Notes: generated from the sequence alone by a model not told the origin. A DNA stretch of 59,594 bases from a virus (IMGVR_UViG_3300030055_000360:1-59594); one strand, 5' to 3'. Positions 20,504 through 30,822 are shown, numbered from the stretch's first letter. Numbers and translations are program-made.

Positions 20504-20897
20504 TATTCGTTGACTCTTTATGAAACTTCTCTATCCCTTTAAACCCCTCTTGTGTGTAATTAAATAATGCAACTATTTGTGTGTCGGTAAGCTCTAATTC
20601 CAGTTCTTTCATTTGCGCTGCTGTTGGCTCCAATAAAGCTGATTCAGCCATTATGGTCATTACCTTCGTAAGTTCTTTCATGTCTACACTCTTATTATTA
20701 TTCGTGCTTGATTTTCCATAAAATAATTCATTGGCTGCGCCTAACAAAGTATTAGGTATTGTACCTTTTTGAACCAATCCTAGTAGAGATACTCGCTTAA
20801 CTCTTACTGCAAAAGGTTTATTGGCAGTAAAACCAGGCAAAGGTATTACCTCACCTCTAGCAATTTCTCTTAATTCTTCTAAACTCGTTACTTCCAT
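20448..20897 (-). CDS. Tail assembly chaperone (gpG-like)
   Basis: Position between the major tail protein and the TMP; start MEVTS chosen from the SD. Confidence 0.7.
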   Translation of the reverse strand: MEVTSLEELREIARGEVIPLPGFTANKPFAVRVKRVSLLGLVQKGTIPNTLLGAANELFYGKSSTNNNKSVDMKELTKVMTIMAESALLEPTAAQMKELELELTDTQIVALFNYTQEGFKGIEKFHKESTNNVSSDDGEKLQNKAKSDN

Positions 20898-20945
20898 TTG
20901 TATGTCAATCCTTTCATCATATACGCTGCACATGCAACGTATTTA

Positions 20946-21302
20946 TTATAGAGTAGTAAAATCAACACTCATAGGTGTTGTTGATCCGCTGCCATCTAAC
21001 AACCTTACTGCGTTAGCGGTTGCGATATATTCTGTATTTGCAGTAACATCAATAGGTATAAATGTAACGATCTTCTTAGTATCGTCAATAGTTACCGTAC
21101 CAGTTACCACATCACCATCTGATGTTTTTGTAACTGTAAAATGTATTAAATCCACATCATCCTGATCTATAGCATGTGCAAATGTCCACTTGATGTTTGT
21201 GGTAATACTTACACCCACATCTGAATTATTATTTGTTACAGTTCCTCCAACTACACCCGATATTCCTGTTGTCCCACCACCGCTAATGGGTGGCTCATTA
21301 GG
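20946..21302 (-). CDS. Ig-like (Big/SbsA-type) C-terminal extension of the major tail protein, reached by +1 frameshift
   Basis: +1 frame after CCC-TAA reads PNEPPISGGG...I.WTF...ID...F.V......V.G.V.......VTF.P.....NTEY...A...V.......FTT. Confidence 0.8.
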   Translation of the reverse strand, partial: PNEPPISGGGTTGISGVVGGTVTNNNSDVGVSITTNIKWTFAHAIDQDDVDLIHFTVTKTSDGDVVTGTVTIDDTKKIVTFIPIDVTANTEYIATANAVRLLDGSGSTTPMSVDFTTL

Positions 21303-21828
21303 GTGTAGTCGTTCCAGGAAGGGTTGCAACACTATCAATACTAACGGCACTCTCCCCACGGAATGGAATTGACTCAGCCTCAAATTCCGGAATTATGAAA
21401 TCACCGTCTTTAATTTTATATTTAGGAACTTTTCCTTTACAATGTTTCCATTCAAACTTAGTATAGCCAGTTGTTCTGCTATAATCTTTTTCTTCAGCAT
21501 ATGCGGTCAATGTAAATAGGTCTTTTTTAACTACTTGACCTGCCGGAATAGATGTGTACTTATCACCAGTAATAGTTCCGCCATCTACAAGCTGCATCAC
21601 ATCAATATTAAAAGTATTATCCTTTAACTTTAATTTATAACCAATAACTATATCTTCCGTTTCATTAATTCCCAAAATCTTATTTTTAACTCTTAATATA
21701 TCTCTTTTCCCCGCACTTAGTATTGGTTCTACATCTATATCACTTGCAGTATCTCCAATGTCAAATGATATGCCAGTTCTTTCATTTGTAACTAAACATT
21801 TAGCAACATTGACCAATGTTTTTCCCAT
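21298..21828 (-). CDS. Major tail (tube) protein
   Basis: Position after the tail terminator; 176 aa; ends CCC TAA. Confidence 0.8.
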   Translation of the reverse strand: MGKTLVNVAKCLVTNERTGISFDIGDTASDIDVEPILSAGKRDILRVKNKILGINETEDIVIGYKLKLKDNTFNIDVMQLVDGGTITGDKYTSIPAGQVVKKDLFTLTAYAEEKDYSRTTGYTKFEWKHCKGKVPKYKIKDGDFIIPEFEAESIPFRGESAVSIDSVATLPGTTTP

Positions 21829-21832
21829 TATA

Positions 21833-22252
21833 TTACCTCCTCAATTGTTTAAATTGCTGATAAGTTACGCTTGTGGTATATGCTTGTACCTCACTATCAA
21901 TAATTGGAGGCGTTTCATTACCCGTGGGCCGTAACTCATCAATATCTTTTATTGCTTTCTTTATATTTTCCACATAAGGCTCCATAGTTGAGTAAATATC
22001 CATTGGGTGATAGATTATAATGTCAAATAATTTGTATCCGGCTATATTTCCAATCATAGCAACAATGCCATTCTCTTTTATGACCACATAACTAGTTTGA
22101 CATTTATCTCTTTTTTGACCGGCTGAATAGACTTCATAACCAAGCTTTTTCAAATACAAATAGATCTTTTGCCATAAAGTTTGTGCTATTGCATCATTAA
22201 TCAATGAGGTTTCTAAAGTATCACCTGGAACAACATAATTAAAATTACCCAT
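21833..22252 (-). CDS. Tail terminator/completion protein
   Basis: Synteny and size. Confidence 0.6.
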   Translation of the reverse strand: MGNFNYVVPGDTLETSLINDAIAQTLWQKIYLYLKKLGYEVYSAGQKRDKCQTSYVVIKENGIVAMIGNIAGYKLFDIIIYHPMDIYSTMEPYVENIKKAIKDIDELRPTGNETPPIIDSEVQAYTTSVTYQQFKQLRR

Positions 22253-22256
22253 CTAA

Positions 22257-22595
22257 CTACCTCCCTAATAAATTATTCAATCCTCTTAGGATCTCAGGGG
22301 AAAGGGCATCGATGGACGGTTGTAATGTTGCATATTTTTTATCATTGCATAACTCCAAGAACGGCATTTGTTCGGTATTTCCTGCAACATATACCACGCA
22401 TTTGTCACCTTCCATTTGGCTGCCACCTTCAAGGGTTTTTCTACTTAACCCAGTTCGATCCGTCCACTTAGCATTGTTTTTCGCATAAGTTTCAATTTTC
22501 TTTCCGGCAGTATCGCCATATACTTTCATTGCCACCGTGGCTCTTGTACCTAGATCTGCCAATCCATTTAAGACACCTTCAATATCTAGTCTCAT
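22257..22595 (-). CDS. HK97 gp10-like tail completion protein
   Basis: AK.NA.WTDRTG..R motif. Confidence 0.75.
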   Translation of the reverse strand: MRLDIEGVLNGLADLGTRATVAMKVYGDTAGKKIETYAKNNAKWTDRTGLSRKTLEGGSQMEGDKCVVYVAGNTEQMPFLELCNDKKYATLQPSIDALSPEILRGLNNLLGR

Positions 22596-22599
22596 TTGA

Positions 22600-22965
22600 T
22601 CACACCCGTTCTAAAGACATATCAAAGATTATATCTTCAACATTCCCTAAGTCTATTATTTTGTATTTAATATCGTTTAATATGAAATAATCATCTTGTT
22701 TAATTTTCTTACTTTCATCATTAAACGTAACCAACAATTTATCTTCATGACCTCGATTGACTGTTGCTGCATCGCCATTCTTCAATGTCAACTTAAGATT
22801 ACTCTTGTAATAGTAGCTTTTTATAGTGCATACATATAGATCACTAGATTTTTCTTTAAAGGCGTTTTCTCCATTCCTCAGAATATTTATACTTTTCAAC
22901 AATCCTTTTTTCTCAAGTTTTTTATATATTTTTTCACCTATCTTAGTTGTATTTATCACAGCCAT
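22600..22965 (-). CDS. Head closure/head-tail joining protein
   Basis: Synteny; IKQDD......YKI.D.G motif. Confidence 0.6.
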   Translation of the reverse strand: MAVINTTKIGEKIYKKLEKKGLLKSINILRNGENAFKEKSSDLYVCTIKSYYYKSNLKLTLKNGDAATVNRGHEDKLLVTFNDESKKIKQDDYFILNDIKYKIIDLGNVEDIIFDMSLERV

Positions 22966-23285
22966 TAAAATTCGTCTGCCCTTCGCATAGATGTCTTATA
23001 TCCTGTTGTTTGAATTGGATTTAAAGCAGTTTGTTCATCTTCATAATCAGCTTTATATACGGATGCTAAGTTATTCCAATAATCTTTATTACTAGACTTG
23101 AATTCTACTGGTCCAACTTTCATTTCATCATCTGAGGCTGCTTTAAGCAAACAGCCCCTCCAACTAGCTTTCGAAACACTATTTTCATTAACTAATAGTA
23201 ATTTTTGCAAATCATCATCCTGAAAATAAGGGTACTCCTTTTCCTGAAGATTAAGCTTTAATATTTCTAAAAGTGTGAGCTCCAT
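22965..23285 (-). CDS. Head-tail connector protein
   Basis: LKLNL.E...PYF.D.DL motif; synteny. Confidence 0.65.
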   Translation of the reverse strand: MELTLLEILKLNLQEKEYPYFQDDDLQKLLLVNENSVSKASWRGCLLKAASDDEMKVGPVEFKSSNKDYWNNLASVYKADYEDEQTALNPIQTTGYKTSMRRADEF

Positions 23286-23287
23286 GG

Positions 23288-23485
23288 TTATTCACCTTCT
23301 TTACCATCTGAATTTACTGGTGGTATTTCTTCTTCTGGAATTTCTATTTCAGCATAATCACTCAATTCCTTCACCTCTGATTCTTTAACTTTAAATTTCT
23401 CTCCAGGTTCTAAATGTTGTCCACCATATTTAATAAATTCTTTTGATACTGCACTAAAAGTTTTTTCTGTATTGTTTTTAGCCAT
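23288..23485 (-). CDS. Small head-associated protein
   Basis: IKY.G....PGE.F.V motif, often seen after major capsid genes. Confidence 0.5.
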   Translation of the reverse strand: MAKNNTEKTFSAVSKEFIKYGGQHLEPGEKFKVKESEVKELSDYAEIEIPEEEIPPVNSDGKEGE

Positions 23486-23543
23486 GTTTAAATCATCCTT
23501 CCTTAATTAAAATTAAAAGAGTAGCATAATCGACCACTCTAAA

Positions 23544-24593
23544 TTAATATACTGTTGCAAAGAATACTTCATCTGCTCTATCGAAACTTACAATAGGCAT
23601 AACTGAAACTTTTGTATCAACTGTGACTGGATCTTCTTTTACCATAGTTGTAACTGCAGTACCTGTGCCAACCATATAAGTATCTAATTTTGATGAACCT
23701 GATTGTTTATCGAATTCCTCTGGTGTAGTACCATAAACAGTATTACCTAATGAAGCACCACTCATAAGAGTAATTTTACCATCAGCATAATATGGAATAG
23801 CCGCTGCACCTTCTGATGGAATGTAAGTAGTATCTTCTAAGAAAATTACTGTTAATCCTAGCACTTCTTTAGCAAATTGTAAGTAATTTGTTTGAGATAA
23901 GATTAAAGTTGTATTTATGTTACTATTCTTAATATGATTTGTAATTACCGTGTTAATTAAGAATGTATTGTCAAATGTCTTTTCGGTTAACAGTAATATC
24001 GTTGGTTTAGCATATTGATCATCTGTAATAGCTTTTTGAAATTTTCTAACATCTCCAACTATATCAGCGCTAGGATCAATCCATTTATCTGCACTAAGTA
24101 ATGTTTCTCGGTGATTTGCTGGAACTCCATAATCAACTACAATATCACCATCCTTAGATGTGAAATTTAGTACTCCATTTTGAATTACACTAGCTCTCAT
24201 TTTCTTCGCTATTATGTTAGCTCCGTTAATTAAACTAGAATAATCGTCAAAAACTTGTCCTAATAATGCATTTACAAAGTTTTCATTATTAGCACCAATT
24301 GCATTTTGCAAATCTCTTCTTGTAGTTTCATCAATTCCCATACCTTCTTTGAAGAAAGGAATCTCAGTAGACTTTACTGTTAACTCGGCACTTAATGCTC
24401 TCATTTTTGTAGCTGCATCAAATGTGCTCATTCTTAAAGCAACAGATTTCTTTTTAGCACCCTTTGCCATTTCTAATTTGGTTCCTGTCACCTTTTTATC
24501 AGGAAATAATGTTTTATCAACTGTTGATTCTGTTGGTAGCTCCTTAATATAAAGAGCAATGTTTTTTGAGTTAATATAATCACTTAAATTCAT
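23544..24593 (-). CDS. Major capsid protein (lambda gpE-like family)
   Basis: LFP..., P.FKE, VDYG.P..H, W.....DI..D, DPV motifs; 349 aa. Confidence 0.9.
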   Translation of the reverse strand: MNLSDYINSKNIALYIKELPTESTVDKTLFPDKKVTGTKLEMAKGAKKKSVALRMSTFDAATKMRALSAELTVKSTEIPFFKEGMGIDETTRRDLQNAIGANNENFVNALLGQVFDDYSSLINGANIIAKKMRASVIQNGVLNFTSKDGDIVVDYGVPANHRETLLSADKWIDPSADIVGDVRKFQKAITDDQYAKPTILLLTEKTFDNTFLINTVITNHIKNSNINTTLILSQTNYLQFAKEVLGLTVIFLEDTTYIPSEGAAAIPYYADGKITLMSGASLGNTVYGTTPEEFDKQSGSSKLDTYMVGTGTAVTTMVKEDPVTVDTKVSVMPIVSFDRADEVFFATVY

Positions 24594-24612
24594 ATTCTAA
24601 TAGTCCTCCTTC

Positions 24613-25005
24613 TTATTCTCCAAAAATTATTTGCTTAAGAGCAGCCTTTTCTAATGTTTTAATAGCTGTATCTGCATTAAATTTAACTTCTGACTCATAT
24701 AAAACTCCATGAACAAATACTGGTACCACTTCTGTTGCATCATCTGCGTTGGTAGTTGGTGACATTGAACCTTTAAAACTAATATCTTGATATACAACAC
24801 CATAAACATCTGTGCTTGTACTTGTTGAAGTTACTGCCTTTCCATCTTTATTTATTAATGTTCCAGCTAATAGCACCTCATTACTATCTAATAGCGTTTT
24901 TACATCACCTTTTCTCACTTTAACTGGAAGTGAAATAAAGTGATCTCCTGCAATTAATCTTAATTTCTTTTGTTTTGCTCCAATTGTATAACTTGATTGT
25001 CTCAA
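24613..25005 (-). CDS. Head decoration protein
   Basis: AGT......GVVYQD....V..HG; lies between scaffold and capsid. Confidence 0.7.
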   Translation of the reverse strand: MRQSSYTIGAKQKKLRLIAGDHFISLPVKVRKGDVKTLLDSNEVLLAGTLINKDGKAVTSTSTSTDVYGVVYQDISFKGSMSPTTNADDATEVVPVFVHGVLYESEVKFNADTAIKTLEKAALKQIIFGE

Positions 25006-25025
25006 TGTTCATTCCTCCTTATATA

Positions 25026-25643
25026 TTATTTAGCAAAATCAGTTAAACTTTTAGCTTTTAAAGTTTCAGCTCTCTGTTTTCCTAATTCACTAGCAAAATT
25101 AGTCTTTGTTGTTTCTTTTCCATTAGTTCCTCCACTAGTATCAAATGAACCTGTTCCATTAATCGCTTTCTCAAACAGATATTCATGTGACTTTTGAAGT
25201 GGTTCTATTTGTTCTTTAAGTCCTATGATATTATCTCCATCAACTTTAAGATTTTCTTTCTTAAGTAAAGCCATAATTAAAGTTTTGTCCTTAACATTGA
25301 AAGAGCTTAGCCCCTTTTCTAAAGCATTACTGAACGCTATATCATTAAGTTGTTTCTCATAAGTTTCCTTTTGAGTTTGATTAGCTGTTTCAAGCGTTGA
25401 AAGTTTATCCTTAAGACCATCAACATCCTTATATTCTTCTTTTAAATCAATGATTTGTTGATCTCTTTCTCCAACTTGCTTTTTATAGCTCTTAGCCTCA
25501 GTATTAACGTCATCAAACCTCTTTTTAGTGATATAAGCGCCATTCGAAACATCTTCATAGTCCTTGCCCTCATATTCCTTTTGCTGGTCTGCTGATAGCT
25601 GTTTGAATAATTCCTCTCCTATAATATTTTTTAATTTTGCCAT
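25026..25643 (-). CDS. Capsid scaffolding protein (Gp20-like)
   Basis: YI.K.RFD.VN, coiled coil, GL.EQI..L....YLF. Confidence 0.85.
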   Translation of the reverse strand: MAKLKNIIGEELFKQLSADQQKEYEGKDYEDVSNGAYITKKRFDDVNTEAKSYKKQVGERDQQIIDLKEEYKDVDGLKDKLSTLETANQTQKETYEKQLNDIAFSNALEKGLSSFNVKDKTLIMALLKKENLKVDGDNIIGLKEQIEPLQKSHEYLFEKAINGTGSFDTSGGTNGKETTKTNFASELGKQRAETLKAKSLTDFAK

Positions 25644-25779
25644 TGTTATTTTTCCTCCTTAATTAATTAAATTTCTATTTATGTTAAATGACCACGATTA
25701 GATATTTAATTAATCCATTCTTTAATGCCTTATGTATAATCATAAAAGGCGAAAATAAAAAGCCTTATTTTCAAGGCTT

Positions 25780-26712
25780 TTAAACAAATTCATTTCCATA
25801 TTCTCGATACCAATTATCTAATTTAGTATTACTTCCACCATGTAGCCACCCATGCAACTCTGAACCTATATCATCCAGCGATTTATCTATAACTGGCGTG
25901 AAATAACATACTCCATTAGGATGGTCCATTGGCAATTCATCTGGAGTATATTTCTTACCTTCTCTATTTTGGCATACTACACATGGATCTCTATGACTAC
26001 TAGACGTATGCCATTCAATTTTTTCTACAAAGGGATTAGCTTTGCATGATTTTTTCATACTTAATTGATATGCATGTGATATTGATGTTACTGCAAGCCT
26101 AAAAGAATTATATTCTATCTTTTTATTACCTACGTTTGGATAAATTCTTTTAAAATCCCACTCCTTTTTAACACTTGGATTGACATAATCAGCTAAATCA
26201 TTTGCTAAATCATATACACTCTTTTTTTCTGTTAAACCTTTTTGAAGTATGTAATCAAATTCCGTATTAGCTTTATTTTCATTAAACCATATCCTCTTTG
26301 AAAGACCCTTCCCATCTTTATAAAAACCACCATTTATAAGTTCTTTTAGTGCCTCTTCTGGTATTTTAGTGAACATATTTGCAAAATGAGATTTACAGTC
26401 TAAATTATATTTTTCATCCAGCATATAAAAGAAGTTCAACTGTATATTAGAAGCAATTTCAGCGCTTTTACCCATTGATTTTTTTATATCCACTTCTAAT
26501 ATCTTATTCAATATTTTTATATCATTTTTAAATTGTTTTTGATAATCCTTTAACCATCTTTCAGATAAACTATTTTTAGGAGCTTGCTTGATTCTTTTAT
26601 CAAGATCTCTAGCTATATCTCTATATAATTTCCTTATTCTATATGTTTGTTTATGAGTTAATTTCATCCTTTGCTTTTGAGCTTCTGCTACTAATTTTAA
26701 ATACTCATTCAA
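25780..26712 (-). CDS. Minor capsid/head morphogenesis protein (Mu gpF/SPP1 gp7-like)
   Basis: RLA.T....A, C..C and HPNG.C motifs. Confidence 0.8.
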   Translation of the reverse strand: MNEYLKLVAEAQKQRMKLTHKQTYRIRKLYRDIARDLDKRIKQAPKNSLSERWLKDYQKQFKNDIKILNKILEVDIKKSMGKSAEIASNIQLNFFYMLDEKYNLDCKSHFANMFTKIPEEALKELINGGFYKDGKGLSKRIWFNENKANTEFDYILQKGLTEKKSVYDLANDLADYVNPSVKKEWDFKRIYPNVGNKKIEYNSFRLAVTSISHAYQLSMKKSCKANPFVEKIEWHTSSSHRDPCVVCQNREGKKYTPDELPMDHPNGVCYFTPVIDKSLDDIGSELHGWLHGGSNTKLDNWYREYGNEFV

Positions 26713-26718
26713 TGATTA

Positions 26719-28242
26719 TCACTCCTCATTATTATCTAAATTGGAATTGTCTTCATTCTCTTCAGCAGAGTCAAATTGTTCACTCTCTGCAGCTGTTATT
26801 GCTGCCATCTCTTGAAGTATTTCATTCCATTCTTCTTCTGCATCTTCACTGTCTGAGTAATCCTTGATATAAGATTGATGGGATTTTACGCCACGGTCAA
26901 CCTCATTCATTGCAGTTGTTTTCTTTTCTTCTGTGTCACTTGGTAATGGGTAATTATGTCCAAATAAAGTACTATATTTTAATTGATTCCAAAGATTGTT
27001 ATATAATCCTGGATAACAAACAGAACCAACCTCCTTTATAAAGTCTAACAATCCTATAAATGCGGGCATCCAATCATTCCACTTATCATCACACCTTGCA
27101 ATTAGATCATTATATAAATATCCCATAGCCTTAGCACTTGGAATATTGTTTAAATCTTTTAACTGTGGCATATCCATAGTAAAGTTCATATCTGAATCTG
27201 CTCTATCTAAATAAGCCTCAATAGCAGCACTATTGCCCATGTTATATTCTAACCTTTGCATTGATGCTTGTTTCCCGCCATCTAATAACTCATCCCTAGT
27301 TCTAATAGCATGAATTGCATTTGGTGCTATTGTAAGTTTGCTAACATCATCAATATTTCCATCAATAATAGATTCAGCACCAAACATCATAAATCTAATT
27401 GCATCTCTCGTATCACTAATGGTTTTATTATATTGTGTTTGTGTATCCATTAATTCCTCAACATCAGATTCACCAAACGAATCATTTAACTCACCACTAT
27501 TTTTAATCAACCAACATGGAATATTAATAAATCCAGTATCCTGCTCTATTGTTAAATCTTTTTGTATTTCTGCATTAAAATAAGTTTCCTTCTTGTACCA
27601 GGCTTGGCGTTCTTTTTTCTCACTGAACTTATAATAATAAGTGTGCAAATAATAAATCTTTTCTGCATCCGATTCTTTATATACATTCTCTTCATCTTCT
27701 TCAAAGAATACAACATATAAGAGCTTTCCATTTTTCTCTTTATAATAAAAATTCTCTATTGATTCATACTTTATGATCAATGGAGAATTAGGGTTGGCTT
27801 CCACTCTAAGTAGAACTCTCTTTTTAATTGTTGCTTCCAAAAAAGCCTTTTTAGTTGTTGGCCAAAAAGAATTATCATCTAATACATTCTCAATGAACTT
27901 TCTTAGTTCTTCACACTGGTCCTTATACTCTTTGTTGTCTGATTTAAGCTTAATAGTAGGTTCAACTCCAAACATCCATCTAGCTTGTTTTCTAAGAAGC
28001 GGTTTAATCTTATTTCTTATGTCCTGTGTAGGCTTATAATCACATTTATCATTTGTTTCCCAATTCTGACCTAGTAATGCTTTATCTTCGCCTACTTTAT
28101 CTATTGGAACTACGGATTTACCTTTATAAAATATATAGTTTTTTCTAACAACATCCCTTTCATGCTTTTCAGTGTCTGGTAGCTTAAGCAATGTATCTTT
28201 TATACTCTTGCTATTGCTATTATTGTCTATATTAAAATACAT
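26719..28242 (-). CDS. Portal protein (SPP1-like)
   Basis: Follows TerL; FGESD..L..Q..YN..SD motif; 507 aa. Confidence 0.85.
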   Translation of the reverse strand: MYFNIDNNSNSKSIKDTLLKLPDTEKHERDVVRKNYIFYKGKSVVPIDKVGEDKALLGQNWETNDKCDYKPTQDIRNKIKPLLRKQARWMFGVEPTIKLKSDNKEYKDQCEELRKFIENVLDDNSFWPTTKKAFLEATIKKRVLLRVEANPNSPLIIKYESIENFYYKEKNGKLLYVVFFEEDEENVYKESDAEKIYYLHTYYYKFSEKKERQAWYKKETYFNAEIQKDLTIEQDTGFINIPCWLIKNSGELNDSFGESDVEELMDTQTQYNKTISDTRDAIRFMMFGAESIIDGNIDDVSKLTIAPNAIHAIRTRDELLDGGKQASMQRLEYNMGNSAAIEAYLDRADSDMNFTMDMPQLKDLNNIPSAKAMGYLYNDLIARCDDKWNDWMPAFIGLLDFIKEVGSVCYPGLYNNLWNQLKYSTLFGHNYPLPSDTEEKKTTAMNEVDRGVKSHQSYIKDYSDSEDAEEEWNEILQEMAAITAAESEQFDSAEENEDNSNLDNNEE

Positions 28243-29594
28243 TAAAACACTTTACCTCCTCTCTTATAAGGATCACTAGTTGTATTAGCAACACCTTTAC
28301 CTTTTTCATATACAGAATCATCATATTTAGCATCAATATCATATCTTAAAATAGTATAAATAAAATATCTCATAGCATCCATACAATGGTCCTTATCTTT
28401 CAAAACTTCTTCAATTCCATGATCTAATTTTTTTGGATCCCAAATATAAGAACTAAATTCCTTTAATATCTCTTTGCATATATCATTAACGTAAAACAAA
28501 CCAAGATTTAAAGCACTAGCAACGGTTCTTATTCCATCTAGCACATCATTCTTAGCTGGTAGTATATTCTTGAATCCATCTTGCCTTAGCTGAGTAATAA
28601 AACTTGCTGCACTTGGATCCACTATTATTTTTATTGGTATTATATCTCCTAAGAATTTCTTTAATTCCTTAGAATACTGAACATCTGATTTTTGTATACT
28701 TGCATCTCTACCACTATAGTAGAATTCTTTAACTATATACCATTTACCTTGATATAATCCCCATAATAAAAATACAGTAGCGTTTTGAGTTCCATAATCA
28801 ATACTCACATAATATTTCTCATATCTTCTGTTTATAGCATCAACTTTATGAATATCCTCATTGAACATATCATAAATAACCCCTTCAGCAAGACACCACA
28901 AGCCTAAGATATAACGCTTATAGAATATACCTGAATACATCTTCTTATATCTTGCTTTAACTCTTTCACTTAAAGATAAATTATCATCCATAGTGAAATG
29001 TAGATGAACTGCATTTTTATCCTCTAGCTTATCTATGTATTCAACTTTAAACCAATGATATGGACCATCTGGATTACAGTTAAACCACATCTTAGCTCCT
29101 TCAACAGAGCATCTTGCAGTAGCTTGATTAACAAAAGATTGTGGCATTAGAGCTACTTCATCAAATAGAACTCCAGCTAATGTAATACCTTGGATTAGGT
29201 CTTGAGAACCTTCATCTTTACCACCAAATAAATAAAAATCATTACTCACTCCATTTTTTGAAATAGTAAGATAATTTTCATTTGATGATCTATGGTCTTT
29301 GCATTTATATCCTCTACCTTTAAGCATTTTCTTTAATGGTTTTATAACATTTCTTCTTAATGATCCTATTGTTTTACCACATAGAGCAAAATTTTCTCCA
29401 TTAAATGTTTCATTGGCCCACATAATAAAAGACAATGACATTACAACAGTTTTACCAGCTCTAACTGAGCCGTCTGCAATTAATATATCTGCATCTCTTA
29501 CAGGCGATACTTCATTCCACCATGTAAGTACTTGAACTTGTTTATCTGAAAATGGTTGAAACTTAAAAGCTCCTTCCTTTCTCTTCTTACTCAT
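28242..29594 (-). CDS. Terminase large subunit (PBSX family)
   Basis: DGSVRAGKT Walker A; DEVALMP; NCNP; DYG; DPSAASF; DHCMDA. Confidence 0.95.
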   Translation of the reverse strand: MSKKRKEGAFKFQPFSDKQVQVLTWWNEVSPVRDADILIADGSVRAGKTVVMSLSFIMWANETFNGENFALCGKTIGSLRRNVIKPLKKMLKGRGYKCKDHRSSNENYLTISKNGVSNDFYLFGGKDEGSQDLIQGITLAGVLFDEVALMPQSFVNQATARCSVEGAKMWFNCNPDGPYHWFKVEYIDKLEDKNAVHLHFTMDDNLSLSERVKARYKKMYSGIFYKRYILGLWCLAEGVIYDMFNEDIHKVDAINRRYEKYYVSIDYGTQNATVFLLWGLYQGKWYIVKEFYYSGRDASIQKSDVQYSKELKKFLGDIIPIKIIVDPSAASFITQLRQDGFKNILPAKNDVLDGIRTVASALNLGLFYVNDICKEILKEFSSYIWDPKKLDHGIEEVLKDKDHCMDAMRYFIYTILRYDIDAKYDDSVYEKGKGVANTTSDPYKRGGKVF

Positions 29595-30369
29595 TCTTCC
29601 ATACCTCAGCAGTTCTGCCTTTTAATGCTTCTATAAATCCATCTTCTTCAACCTCAGGTTCGTCTTCTCCAGTTATCTTAGTAATTTCTACTCTTAACTT
29701 AGAAATCCTTGCCTTTTGTTCCTCAGTAGCTAAATCCCAATTCTTATGAATCATTTCATCATATTGTTTTATTTGACTTCTTAATTCAGCCATAGCTCTA
29801 CTTTGTGCATTTAAAAATGTAGCTTGTCTATCCCATGCAAATTGAAACTCATATTCTATTTCATTACTTTCACCATTCTCTGAATAATTCTCTTTCTTCT
29901 TTTTGATTTCTTTAATCATTTCATCTTTGCTCTCTACATGCATGATATTTTGAGCTCTTAATATTGCTGCGTACTGAATCTGAATATTTTCCCATATAAT
30001 ATCAAGTGGATCTTTATCATTAATTGCTTTTATTATATCTAGAGTTTCTTTAGGCAAATATTTAGAGAAGAATCCAAACTTCTCCGCTTTATTATTTCCT
30101 ATTGGACCACCTGGACCGCCTTTATTTCCTAGTGCATTTTTACTCCCTTTAGGCGCTCCTCTTTTCCTCTTTTCTTTTGGAGTACTCCGTATTTTTATTT
30201 GGAGTACTCCATTTAATCTTTCATTCCATTTATCTTTAACTTTCCAACCAGAAATAGTTTTTTCAGGAGTATCTAAAATATTAGCAATTTCTCTATTTTG
30301 AATATTTCCATTATGCTCTTTGAAAATTTCATAGGATTTATCTCGATTGGGACTTCTCTGTTTAGCCAT
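29587..30369 (-). CDS. Terminase small subunit (YqaS/XtmA-like)
   Basis: N-terminal HTH W...DKW; GAPKG.KNA.G...GP.GN..A.K.G repeats. Confidence 0.85.
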   Translation of the reverse strand: MAKQRSPNRDKSYEIFKEHNGNIQNREIANILDTPEKTISGWKVKDKWNERLNGVLQIKIRSTPKEKRKRGAPKGSKNALGNKGGPGGPIGNNKAEKFGFFSKYLPKETLDIIKAINDKDPLDIIWENIQIQYAAILRAQNIMHVESKDEMIKEIKKKKENYSENGESNEIEYEFQFAWDRQATFLNAQSRAMAELRSQIKQYDEMIHKNWDLATEEQKARISKLRVEITKITGEDEPEVEEDGFIEALKGRTAEVWKNE

Positions 30370-30390
30370 CTTTCACTTTCACCACCTCGC

Positions 30391-30786
30391 TTATTCGTTA
30401 AAGTTGGTTTTGTAGTTACGCCATTTTTTAGGATTTCTATTTTTTAGCAAAAAAATAATAGCGTTAGTATCTGGTGGAACTTCCTTTTTAATCTTCTTTA
30501 CTCTGGAAGTCTTCCCGTCTTTACTAGCAACTATTTCTGTTTCTTCATATTCATATCCTAAAGCTCTTTTAATCAATGCCTGCTCAATTTTATCATCATA
30601 GTAATCATTATTTTCTTCAATTACTTTCATTAACTCTGGATAAGTTTCTTTCCATTCCTTTAGAGTTTTTATATTTATGTTTAGCCTCTTTGACAATTCA
30701 ATCTCTGTACAACCTTGTTTAGATAGTTCTTTAACTTCTTCTAACTTTTTATCATCAAATATTTCTTTCCCTTTCATCTTTATCAC
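30391..30786 (-). CDS. HTH protein resembling a second small-terminase family
   Basis: HTH followed by AL.KRA.GY...PPDT.AIIF.LKNR.P..W. Confidence 0.65.
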   Translation of the reverse strand: MIKMKGKEIFDDKKLEEVKELSKQGCTEIELSKRLNINIKTLKEWKETYPELMKVIEENNDYYDDKIEQALIKRALGYEYEETEIVASKDGKTSRVKKIKKEVPPDTNAIIFLLKNRNPKKWRNYKTNFNE

Positions 30787-30822
30787 TCCCTAAGGAGTTT
30801 TCTTAGAAATTTCTATGCTTAA

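Noticed and set aside
21303-21383. Stand-alone start of the 145-aa ORF (MRLSQF...)
   Set aside because: The first 27 codons overlap the tail tube gene without an SD; the frameshift model explains the ORF better.
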